A DNA stretch of 64,000 bases from positions 17,347 to 81,346 of the forward strand of contig CAVWLW010000009.1 in assembly GCA_963755715.1 (NCBI GenBank), written 5' to 3'. The stretch comes from an uncultured delta proteobacterium. Lineage in GTDB: Bacteria > Desulfobacterota > Binatia > UBA9968. The notes beneath the pieces are model-generated. The model made no database searches, had not been told where the DNA came from, and saw only the letters and a program-made list of their open reading frames with translations. Shown one piece after another: positions 51,250 through 60,516 of the stretch (position 1 is its first letter; each line of letters starts with the position of its first letter). Both the position numbers and the translations under genes were made by a program.

Positions 51250-52218
51250 TCACGGAGTCCATTGCGCCCGCTTCAGCTCCTCTGCCACTTCTCTGGCGAT
51301 GCTGAAGTCGAACAGCTCCTTAATATCAAGCTCGCGCTTAGCCACGCTGTCCTCTCTCGCGCGCTCGACCAGCCGTTTCAGATAGGAATCTTCCAGCCGG
51401 CCGCCGGCGTTGTAGCGGCGCATTTCGTCCTTGTGCAGTTGCGCGGCTAATTTTGGGTCCTCCAGGCGCAAAGCTTTTTGTAAGATCGCCGCGGCCTGCT
51501 CCGGTCTCTGGCGAAAAAACAGATGGCCTTTCATCACGCCGCGGACAAAGCCCGTCACCAAGGCGCGGTCGCGCGCCAACGTGCCGTCGAGCGCGATCAT
51601 CGGCCCGCTGACGTAGGGCGGCGACTCGTAGTCAAGCTCGCGGTATCCCTGTTCGAGAGCCGTGATCGAATAGTTGCCGACCAGCAAGGTCCCTTGCACC
51701 TTGTTCGATCGCAGCGCGGCGTAACGCAAGTCTGCTGTACCGATTTGCAACATCATGACGTCTTTCATCGCCACCAAACCGTGCTGCGAAAGAATCTCGC
51801 GCGAGAGCTTGTCGGCAAAACCGCCGAAGGTGCTGATCGCCATGGTCTTGCCCTTGAGATCCGCGTAGCTTTTGATTTCCGGCGCGACAATCACCCGATG
51901 CGCCAAACCGCGCGCCGCGTTGTAGAGCACCTTGCCCTTGAGCCTTCCTTCGACCATCAGATCGAACGCCGTGGGATTGGTCGTGAAGGCGATCTGCTCG
52001 GCGAGCAACGCCGTGATGCACAACTGGCCGCGTGCGGCGAGAATCTCGACATGAAGTTTCTCCTGGGCAAAGTAGCCGCGCTCTACCGCGACGTTTAAAT
52101 AAGTAAACGCCGGCGAAAGTCCCGGCGTACACACGCGCACATTGCGCGGTTGGGCGGCCGTCCAACTCGGCGAGAAACAGATTACAGAAAAGAGGATTAT
52201 GAATCGTTTTGGATTCAT
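51250..52218 (-). CDS. NMT1/SsuA-like substrate-binding protein
   Basis: Signal peptide; VAVERGYFAQEKL, IKSYADLKGKTMAISTFG, RYAAL. Confidence 0.88.
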   Translation of the reverse strand: MNPKRFIILFSVICFSPSWTAAQPRNVRVCTPGLSPAFTYLNVAVERGYFAQEKLHVEILAARGQLCITALLAEQIAFTTNPTAFDLMVEGRLKGKVLYNAARGLAHRVIVAPEIKSYADLKGKTMAISTFGGFADKLSREILSQHGLVAMKDVMMLQIGTADLRYAALRSNKVQGTLLVGNYSITALEQGYRELDYESPPYVSGPMIALDGTLARDRALVTGFVRGVMKGHLFFRQRPEQAAAILQKALRLEDPKLAAQLHKDEMRRYNAGGRLEDSYLKRLVERAREDSVAKRELDIKELFDFSIAREVAEELKRAQWTP

Positions 52219-52229
52219 ATGGGTTCGGA

Positions 52230-52256
52230 GGGCGGACACGCAGGTCCGCCCCTACG
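52230..52256 (-). repeat. GTAG-type REP element
   Basis: gggcggacacgcaggtccgcccctacg is the reverse complement of the 10247-type element. Confidence 0.8.
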
Positions 52257-52287
52257 GTACAATTACGTTCGCAAAATCAAACTTTCA

Positions 52288-55117
52288 TCAGTTCGGTCGT
52301 AGGCGTTGTTTTGCCTGCGCGATTGCGTCGTGAAGCCTTTCTGGACTGACGGGAATCCGATCCACCTTTACTTTCAAATCGGACAGCGCGTCTTCGATCG
52401 CCAATGCCACGGCAGTCGGCGCCGGGATCGTGCCGCCCTCGCCGGCGCCTTTGCAGCCGAGCGGATTGAGCGGCGTCGGCGTTTCGATGTGCACGACGTC
52501 CATGCGCGGCACTTCCATCGCGCCGGGCAAGTAGTAGTCCATGTAGCTGCCGTTTGAGAATTTGCCCGCTCTCGTCGTGAATCACTTCTTCGTAGAGCGC
52601 GTTGCCGATGCCATGCGCCACGCCGCCATGAATCTGGCCATCGACGAGCATCGGGTTGATCACCGTGCCGCAATCATGCGCCACGGCGTAACGCTGGACT
52701 TCCACGTGACCGGTTTCCTCATCGACTTTGACGACCGCGATATGGACTCCGTTGGAATGGGTCGAGCGGCGCGGCGAATAATAAACCGTCGCCTCCAGGC
52801 CGGGTTCGATGCTGCGATCGACCATAAAACCCGAGACGCGGTTTGCCGCTTCGTGGGCCAACATTCGTAAAGTGATTTTCTTTTCCGGCGTCCCCTTGAC
52901 GAAAATTTCGCCGTTGACCAAATCCAGATCTTCGCTGCGGCATTCCAATTTATTCGCCGCCAACTGAAGCGCCTTCTGGCGCAATTGCTCCGAAGCCTGC
53001 GCGATCGCGTTTCCCGCGGTCACCATTACTCGACTGGCGAAAGTTCCGACGCCGTAAGGAATCGCCGCGCTGTCGCCGGTAACGACATCGACGTTTTTGA
53101 AATCGACGCCGAGATAATCGGCGCAGATCTGGCCGAGCGCGGTCTCCTGTCCCTGTCCCTGCGATGCCGCGCCGGTGAAGACATAAATTTTGCCGTCGGT
53201 GCCGACCTTGACGCTGCCGCCCTCGTAAGGACCGAATCCGGTGCCTTCGACGTACGCCGCGATGCCGACGCCGAGGCGCGTGCCGCGTTTGCGCTCCGCC
53301 AATTGCGCTTTACGAAAGTCGTCGTAACCGATCATCTTGAGCGCTTCTTCCAAGCAAGCGGGATAGTTGCCGCTGTCGTACTCGAGCGGATTGTTGTCGC
53401 GATAAAGAATGCCGACGTTGTACGGATACTCGTCTTTTTGGATGAAATTACGCCGGCGCACTTCGGCGGGGTCCATGCCGAGCTCGCGCGCAACCCGGTC
53501 CATGATCTTTTCCATCACGTAGACCGCCTGCGGCCGGCCCGCGCCGCGCACCACCATGGCGGTTACTTTGTTGGTATAAACCGCTTTGAACTCCAACTGC
53601 AGATTGGGAATTTTGTAAGGTCCGGGAATTGTCGCCAAGGAGATCCAAGGAACGACCAAGCTGGTGCTGTAAGCGCCGGTATCGTAGAGAAAGAAGTTTT
53701 TTAGCGCGACGACTTTGCCGTCCTTGTTAAACGCCGCTTCGACCCAATGGGTTTGATCGCGCTCCTGGCGGCTGGCGATAAAATGTTCGCGCCGGTCCTC
53801 GATCCACTTGACCGCGGTGCCGAAACGCACGGCGAGCCAAGGCACGAGAAAATTCTCCGGATAGAAGCCGCCCTTGGGCCCGAAGCCGCCGCCCACCCGC
53901 GGCGCGATCACGCGCACTCTATGCTCGGGCATGTCCATCAATTGTAATAGCGTGCGGCGAATCCGGTGCGGACCCTGACACGAAGCCCAAATCGTTAGAA
54001 AGCCGGCCTTCGGATCGAATTGTGCGACGATACCGCGGGTCTCAATCGCGTGGCAGCCGCCGCGATGCACCCGCAGGGTTTCTTTGATCACATGATCCGC
54101 TTCCGCGAACGCTTTCTCGACGTTACCCGTCGACTGCTTCATGAAACCCGCGACGTTGTCCGGTTCGCTTTCGTGCACCAGCGGCGTATCCGGCGCCAAG
54201 GCCTTTTCAATATCGACGCATGCCGCGGTGACTTCGTAATCGACTTCGACCAATGGCGCGGCGTCTTCGGCCAAATGGCGCGCCTTCGCGACGATCACGG
54301 CGACCGGTTCGCCGACGTAGCGCACCTGATCCTTGGCCATGGGAAATTCGGTGAGCGGTTTCAGATTCGGATGAGGGATCGTCAGCGGCAACTTGCGCAC
54401 CGCGCCGAGATCCTCGAAGGTAATGACGTCGACAACGCCGGGAGCGCGCTTGGCGGCCGCGCTATCGATGCGCAAGATCTTCGCGCGCGCATGAACGCTG
54501 CGCACCACATACGCGTGCAACATGCCGGGAAAATCGATGTCGTCGACGTAGACGCCTTTGCCGGATAACAGCTCGTTGTCTTCGGCGCGTTCCACCCGCG
54601 CGCCGATGAATTTTGAAGGCGTCGCGTGATCATGATGCGCTTGCGACGCAACTTTCCCGCCCGAAGCTTCGACGATGGCATCGACGATATTTTGATAACC
54701 GGTGCAGCGGCAAAGATTGCCCGACACCGCTCGGCGCGCCTCGGCATCGGTAAGCGGGCCGCTGTTGCGCAACAAAGCGTCGGCGGTCATTAAAAATCCC
54801 GGCGTGCAAAAACCGCACTGGAGCGCGTGATGTTTTTTGAAAGATTGCTGCAACGGTCCGAGCGTATCCCGCGTCGTCAGCCCTTCCACTGTGGTGATCT
54901 CGGACCCATCAGCCTGTACCGCCAGCATCAAACAGGAGCGCACCGGAGCGCCATTATGCTGCACCGTGCAGCTGCCACACACGCCATGCTCGCAGCCGAC
55001 ATGCGTGCCGGTTAGAGCCAATTCGTGGCGCAAGAAATCGGCGAGATTCTGCCGGCACTCGATTTCTCTTTCAATCGGCTTACCGTTGACGATCAATCTT
55101 ATTTTCTGCAAGTCCAT
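52288..55117 (-). CDS. Fused (2Fe-2S) + molybdopterin-binding subunit, xanthine dehydrogenase family (frameshift at ~52555)
   Basis: GCEHGVCGSCTV, QCGFCTPG, NLCRCTGY, then VGGGFGPK, VVRGAGRPQA, QGQGQET, GTFASR, DCGTVINP; tail GCKGAGEGG in another frame. Confidence 0.9.
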
Positions 55118-55145
55118 TCTCAATTTCGACGTGGTCAGGATTTAC

Positions 55146-55240
55146 CCCTCTTTGAAAAAGAGGGGCTCGGGGAGATTTTCCGAGTGACCCACAGCTCTAT
55201 CACAGCCGAAATCTCCCTTGTTCCCCCTTTTCAAGGGGGA
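55146..55240. repeat. CCCCTCTTT/AAAGAGGGG REP-like inverted pair
   Basis: cccctctttgaaaaagaggggctcggggagattt ... aaatctcccttgttcccccttttcaaaggggga. Confidence 0.7.
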
Positions 55241-55285
55241 AAGTTTTCACGACACCCGCTGTTTGTCTGCGCCGTAACCATGTCA

Positions 55286-56158
55286 TCAGTCGCCAATTCG
55301 CGCTTTTTGCAATGCTTCATTCAATGCTCGCCGTGTCAGGACATTTGCCAGCGACTTTCGATAGGCCGCGCTACCGTGGATGTCCGAGCTTGGGTCGATG
55401 TTGGCGGCGATTTCGCCGGCCGCTTTGTTGAATAAATCCGGCGCCGCTTTTTTGCCGATGAGAATTTCCTCGATCCAACGCTCACGCCACGGTTTGTCGC
55501 TGACGCCCGTCAAAGCAATGCGCGCGTCGGTAATTTGCTCTTTCGCGAGCGTCAAAGACGCGGCGACGCCGACGATGGCGAAGTCGCCGAACCGCCGCGC
55601 GAATTCGACGAACGAAGAGCCGGAATTTGTCGCTTGCTCAGGAACCGAAGCTTCGAGAACCATCTCATCGGCGCCAAGCGCCGTGCTCAAGTAGGATTGA
55701 AACAAGTCTCGCGCAGAAATTTGCCGCGTCCGCGTCGAATTAGCGACCGTGACCGAGCCGTCCAGCGCGAGCAACACCGCCGGCAGCTCCGCCGCCGGAT
55801 CGGCGTGCGCCAGGCTGCCGCATAAGGTGCCGCGATTGCGCGTTTGCTCGTAGCCGACGTGAGTCATGGCTGCGGCGAGGAGAGGACACCGTTGTCGAAC
55901 CAGTGCATCGCTGAGCAAACGAGATTGGCGCGCCAGACAGCCGATCTTGAGCGCGCTGTTTTCACTGCGGACATAATCCAAGCCGTCGATGAAATTGATG
56001 TCGATCAGATGCGCCGGCTCAGCCAGCCGAAAATTCATCATCGGCATCAAGCTTTGGCCACCGGCGAGAATCTTGCCTTCCTCGCCGACTTCCTTCAATA
56101 ACGTCAGCGCTTCGTTGACTTCGCGTGGCCGGTGGTAGTTAAAGTCTGCTGATTTCAA
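55286..56158 (-). CDS. Xanthine dehydrogenase family FAD-binding subunit, CoxM-like
   Basis: FNYHRP, KILAGGQSLMPMMNFR, TRNRGTLCGSLAHADPAAE, DIHGSAAYR. Confidence 0.92.
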   Translation of the reverse strand: MKSADFNYHRPREVNEALTLLKEVGEEGKILAGGQSLMPMMNFRLAEPAHLIDINFIDGLDYVRSENSALKIGCLARQSRLLSDALVRQRCPLLAAAMTHVGYEQTRNRGTLCGSLAHADPAAELPAVLLALDGSVTVANSTRTRQISARDLFQSYLSTALGADEMVLEASVPEQATNSGSSFVEFARRFGDFAIVGVAASLTLAKEQITDARIALTGVSDKPWRERWIEEILIGKKAAPDLFNKAAGEIAANIDPSSDIHGSAAYRKSLANVLTRRALNEALQKARIGD

Positions 56159-56167
56159 TTGGGTTGC

Positions 56168-56338
56168 CTATTTCTTGATTTCGAAATTGGCCGCATCGAT
56201 TTTTCCGTCTTTCCTGGGATATCTCGCCATGCACACCGGACAGAACATGGAGAAATCCTCGCCCTCGTCGTAAATCATTTTGTGGACGTTGTAGCGATGG
56301 CCGCATTTCGGACAGGTAATGTAAAATTCCGGTGGCAT
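56168..56338 (-). CDS. 56-aa zinc-ribbon microprotein (not in the ORF track)
   Basis: AAGGAG RBS; MPPEFYITCPKCGHRYNVHKMIYDEGEDFSMFCPVCMARYPRKDGKIDAANFEIKK has two CPxC knuckles and fills the UbiD3-CoxM gap. Confidence 0.78.
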   Translation of the reverse strand: MPPEFYITCPKCGHRYNVHKMIYDEGEDFSMFCPVCMARYPRKDGKIDAANFEIKK

Positions 56339-56358
56339 GGATTGCTCCTTATTCGGAA

Positions 56359-56382
56359 GGGCGACCGCCGGTCGCCCCTACG
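56359..56382 (-). repeat. GTAG-type REP element
   Basis: gggcgaccgccggtcgcccctacg, followed by a CTTTGCG repeat fragment. Confidence 0.8.
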
Positions 56383-56411
56383 CCTCCTTTGCGTCCTTTG
56401 CGATTAGTTTC

Positions 56412-57846
56412 TTATCCCGCGACTTTTCCCAATTCTGCCGCGCTGACAAAATCTTCCAGACGAATCCGCGCCAGCGCGTCATCGGGCGGTTTGCCGATAT
56501 CCGGGAACGGCTTGCCCACCGGCTTGGTGGCGTCGATGATCAAGCCACCGACGCGCAGATACTTTTCCGTCGACGGATCCTGTCGATTGGCTTGGAGGTC
56601 ACGGATGATTTGCACCTGGGCGGAATCCGCGTCGGTTCGCGTGCTGATCGCAAACAAGACCATGCTCAAATCGAACGGATCGATGTCGTCGTCGACCAGA
56701 ATCACGTTCTTGATTCGGTCCGCGAAGCTGCCGAGCGCCATCAAAGCTAGCCGAGTGCTTTCTCCCGGCACTCTCGGCTTGAACTGAATTACGTAAGTGT
56801 AGGGACAGACTTGATTGACCGCGAGAACGCGCGGGTAACGCTCTTTGAGAACGCTGTAGACGTAAGATGCCGCGCCCAACACACCGTACGTGTCATGGCC
56901 GGTCCAATTGCCGATGCAGATAGGATCGTGCCGCATCAAAAACGCCGTCGGCGTAAATACCGGCTCGAGGGTCTGCGGCGAGTAGTAGCGCATCACATCC
57001 GCCCACGGCCCGCAGATTTCTTTTTTGGTCAGATCGATCATCCCTTCGAGGACGATCTCGGCATCGGCGGGAATGAGAAAATCTTCGCCCAGCGTACACC
57101 GATGGCGTGACCCGCACGGCGCCGTCCATCAAGCCGCCGGCGAATTCATATTCGTCGACGCCCCAGGCGCAATTGGAGCCCGCCGCGACTTCGAACGCGG
57201 GATGATGACCGAGCGCAAAGGCCACTGGCATTTTGTCGTGGCCTTTGGCGCGATACCGATTCATATATTCCATCAAATGGCGCGGATTGATGCGCGCCGA
57301 GGCGTGCTCGGGCGAGTGAACATGGAGCCGGTGCCAAGAGAGATTGTAACGGCCCGAATCCGGCTCTTTGCCGATGCCGATGGCGCATAGCCAACCGGGC
57401 TTGGCGTCGAACTCGTCCTTGCGATAAACCGGTAGATCGAAAAGCGACATTTGTGAGCCGGTCACCACGGTTTGGTGGATCGGCGCTTCTGCCGGCGGAA
57501 TGCGTACTGGCTTGGTCGTCAAACGATTGCGCCGCGAGAATTCCTGTGCCAGATCCTGAAACTTAACTTCGCCGTCGAGATCCATGGCCGCCGCTTGCTT
57601 GCGCAGCGTGGCCAGCTCGGAAAACAACAGCTCGCCTGGCCAAAGTTTTCCGCTGAGTGTCTTGAAGCCGCGGAAAAGAGTAGCCGGTCGCTTGCCGCCG
57701 GCTTTCAGTTTGGCGAGGAAGGCCGCCGCGTCGCACTCGGCGAGGTCGAACGTTTTACCCCGGGTATCGACGCGCAACACCTCGCCGGGCCGGCGGTCAT
57801 CGAGAATCTTTAAAAAAGTGCGCAGATCTTTCGAGTGAGCCTGCAT
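56412..57846 (-). CDS. Divergent UbiD family decarboxylase 3 (frameshift at ~57100)
   Basis: KDLRTFL, RYNLSWHRL, PVAFALGHHP, DEYEFAGGL, CGPWADVMRYY, LVDDDIDPFD, IIDATKP. Confidence 0.85.
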
Positions 57847-57878
57847 GGATGACTCCGTTGTCAACGACGCGCGTCGAT

Positions 57879-58601
57879 TTAACGCGCGCGCACCGTTCGC
57901 GTTCGAGCCTCGATCTGCTTGAGCAATATCGTCTTGACGTTTTGCAGATGAGACCTCATGAGCTCCTGCGCTCGTTTGGCATCTTTGCGCTTGATCGCCT
58001 GAAATATTTCCTGGTGATGGCGCAGCACCGCAAACCCGCCGTGCGTAACGCCTTCGATGCGCCGCTTGAGCACGAGCTTCTCACAGGTGTCGTTCAAGAC
58101 GCGGCTCACCGCGCTATTGCCGGCGATCTCGGCTAGCTCCACGTGAAAATCCTTATTGATAATGTAGCGGTCGACGAGCGGATCGTTGGCCACGATCGCT
58201 TTGCGGGACGACTTCACACTTTGCTCCAACGCTTTGATTCCGTCCGGGGTAATGCGCCGGATCGCCTCGTCGATGCAGTAGGCTTCCAACGCGCTCCGCA
58301 AACCGAACAGTTCCTCGACTTCCTCGGCGGTCATTTCGCTCACTCGATAACCGCGATTGGTCAGCCGCGTGACATATCCCTCCTGAGCCAATCGTGACAG
58401 CGCTTCGCGGATCGGCGTCTGGCTGATCTTCAACCGCAACACCAGCTCCTCGTGCGACAATCGCTGACCCGGCACAATCTCATGCTTGAGAATCGTCGCT
58501 TTGATTTTTTGATAAGCGATCTCGGCAAGACTAAGATACTCCACGCGGGTTTCCTTTGCGGGTTCGTGGAAAGTCTTTTGGCTTGCTTCCCAACGCTGCA
58601 C
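57879..58601 (-). CDS. GntR family transcriptional regulator (FadR/FCD subtype)
   Basis: PGQRLSHEEL, ISQTPIREALSRL, ELFGLRSALE, NKDFH, HQEIFQAI, MRSHL. Confidence 0.92.
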   Translation of the reverse strand: MQRWEASQKTFHEPAKETRVEYLSLAEIAYQKIKATILKHEIVPGQRLSHEELVLRLKISQTPIREALSRLAQEGYVTRLTNRGYRVSEMTAEEVEELFGLRSALEAYCIDEAIRRITPDGIKALEQSVKSSRKAIVANDPLVDRYIINKDFHVELAEIAGNSAVSRVLNDTCEKLVLKRRIEGVTHGGFAVLRHHQEIFQAIKRKDAKRAQELMRSHLQNVKTILLKQIEARTRTVRAR

Positions 58602-58616
58602 TGCGCTACATATTAA

Positions 58617-58632
58617 ATAATTTATAAATTAT
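58617..58632. promoter_or_regulatory. Perfect 16-bp palindrome, candidate GntR operator
   Basis: ATAATTTATAAATTAT is its own reverse complement and lies in the 77-bp divergent gap between GntR and the MBL gene. Confidence 0.55.
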
Positions 58633-58678
58633 CAAATCCTTTGGTGAAAATTTTTTTACAACTGGTGAAGGCAATAGC

Positions 58679-59603
58679 ATGAAACGAATGCTGATCGGCG
58701 TCGCCGGGCTCTGGCTATTATTATTCGCGCGCACCGCTGGTCGCGCAGGAACTCGGGCCGCATTTCCAGAAAATCCGAGATGGCATCTATGTCTACGGCA
58801 TAGACGATCTCGCCGGTCGAGATCCGACGTCGAATTGCGGCATCATCATCACGCAGGAAGGCGTCGTGCTGATCGATAGCGGACCCAATCCGCCGGATTC
58901 TCTGATCATTCTAAAAGCCGTGAAGCAGCTTACGTCCCTGCCGATTCGGTTTTTGATCAACACGGAAACTCACAACGATCACGTCACCGGCAATTTTGTT
59001 TTCTCGCCGCCGGCCATCGTCATCGGCTCCACAGGAGCAACGGCAGGAATAAAAAATTACTACGACCCCAAGCGCAACGAAAAATTGATGGCCGAATCGA
59101 GCGAAATGCGCGAAGCGTTTCGCGGTTTCCGCGTCGTGCCGCCGCATGTGGAATTCAACGACCGGATGATTTTGAACATGGGAGATCGGACTTTAGAGCT
59201 GATCCAACTCAAGAATATCCACAGTGACGCCGACACGGCGATCTGGCTGCCGAAGGAGCGCGTGCTCTTTTCTGCCGCCACCGCGGCGGTAAAACGATTC
59301 GGCTTTCTGCGGCGGTTCGTCACCATCGAAAACATCAAAGCCGACATCAAAAAGCTCAAGGCGCTCAATCCTGACATTGTCGTGCCCGCGCACGGTCGCC
59401 CGACCACGGTGCAACTCCTCGACGAAACCGACAAGTTTTATGATGTTCTTTTGGAGCGCGTCGGCAAACAAATCGCGCAGGGCAAATCCCTCGAGGAAAT
59501 CAAAAAAGATCCGGGTTTGCCGGAATATAAAAGCTGGTCCGGCGGAAAAGAGCGGCTCGACACCAATATCGAGGCCGCTTATCGCGCGCTAAAAAATCAG
59601 TAG
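58679..59603 (+). CDS. Secreted MBL-fold metallo-hydrolase, cyclase-like (frameshift at ~58742)
   Basis: Signal peptide; SNCGIIITQEGVVLIDSG, INTETHNDHVTGN, IHSDAD, VVPAHG. Confidence 0.85.
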
Positions 59604-59607
59604 AGTT

Positions 59608-59790
59608 TTGCCGTATCAGGACTCGACGGAATCAGGTCGGTTGATCCTGCGCGATGGAACGACCGCAATAGTCCGTTTGGCGCGCCGCGAGGGCCGAGAA
59701 TTGATGGCGCCATTTTTTTGGCGGCTCTCCAAGGATTCCCGCCAACGAAGGTTTTTTTCCATACCCGAGCCTACCGTCGAGTTCAATTAG
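59608..59790 (+). pseudogene. 5' fragment of a GNAT domain from the GNAT/acyl-CoA ligase (Pat-like) family
   Basis: LILRDGTTAIVRLA...FFWRLSKDSRQRRFFS, then a stop with no continuation. Confidence 0.6.
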
Positions 59791-59878
59791 CGCGCAGCGC
59801 CACGGCGAAAAAGCATTTTTGACGACACGCTATCTTGGGCACAAAAGCTAGCGAAGTGTAACAGCTACATAGCGTTTG

Positions 59879-59912
59879 CCGTTCATGGTTCGAGAGCCTC
59901 ACCACGAAGGCT
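59879..59912. repeat. REP-like element (CCGTTCATGGTTCGA type)
   Basis: ccgttcatggttcgagagcctcaccacgaa; partial inverted arm gtcgaagg nearby. Confidence 0.45.
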
Positions 59913-60020
59913 TATGCTTGACCGACCGAGGGTCGAAGGGTTCTACGAACTGTTAAAGTCACTAGAATATTGCGCGCCAGGCGGATTTCACTAGGCTAGA
60001 CCGCGTCGCCTGGCAGTAGT

Positions 60021-60516
60021 TCATGCCAGCCAAAGCGAAAGTGACTGCGGATCGCTTTTCATCAGCATCTCGCGGATCTGTTCACGGTGTCTCATCCCGT
60101 CTGCGTAAATGCGTTCCAAAACTTCGGCGACCGCGGGAAACTCTTCGCGGAGGCTTTGCGCCTGTTCGATCAATCCCGCCGCAGAGCGCTGCTCTTCGTT
60201 TAGATCTTCGAGCAGATATTGCCAACTGTTCTTCGTCGCCGCCGGAACCGGCGGCACGTCGGGCAGTCTTCCGCCGAAGAGCTTGATTTTTTCGGCGAGC
60301 CGCTCGACGTGTTTGGCTTCGTCCGCCGCAATCGCCAATAGTTTTTGTCCGAAATTGCGGATACTGCATCCGTTCTGCATGTTGGGTAAAGCGCGTTACG
60401 TGCTGGCTTTTCTCGATGTACCGCTGCATCAGAATTTCGCTCGCCTGGCGCGAGCGATCGGCAGAAAAGCCGAGGAACTGACGCCACCATTCGGACCAGC
60501 TATTCTTGTCGCTCAT
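60021..60516 (-). CDS. Ferritin-like domain protein (frameshift at ~60370)
   Basis: FTQHAERMQYPQFR joined to KLLAIAADEAKHVERLAEKIKLFGG...EEQ...DGMRHREQI (ExxH motif). Confidence 0.8.

Noticed and set aside
7095-51450. Long antisense or overlapping ORFs (e.g. 7095..7904, 8216..9304, 10432..11319, 38197..39345, 50422..51450)
   Set aside because: Shadow ORFs typical of high-GC coding DNA; no motifs, and they lie opposite well-supported genes.
39391-55117. Aerobic CO dehydrogenase (coxL) call
   Set aside because: No AYxCSFR motif and no coxDEFG accessory genes in the window.
522-60516. Programmed ribosomal frameshifting or phase variation as the cause of split genes
   Set aside because: Breaks are scattered over unrelated genes with no shared slippery site or long simple-sequence tract; assembly error is more parsimonious.
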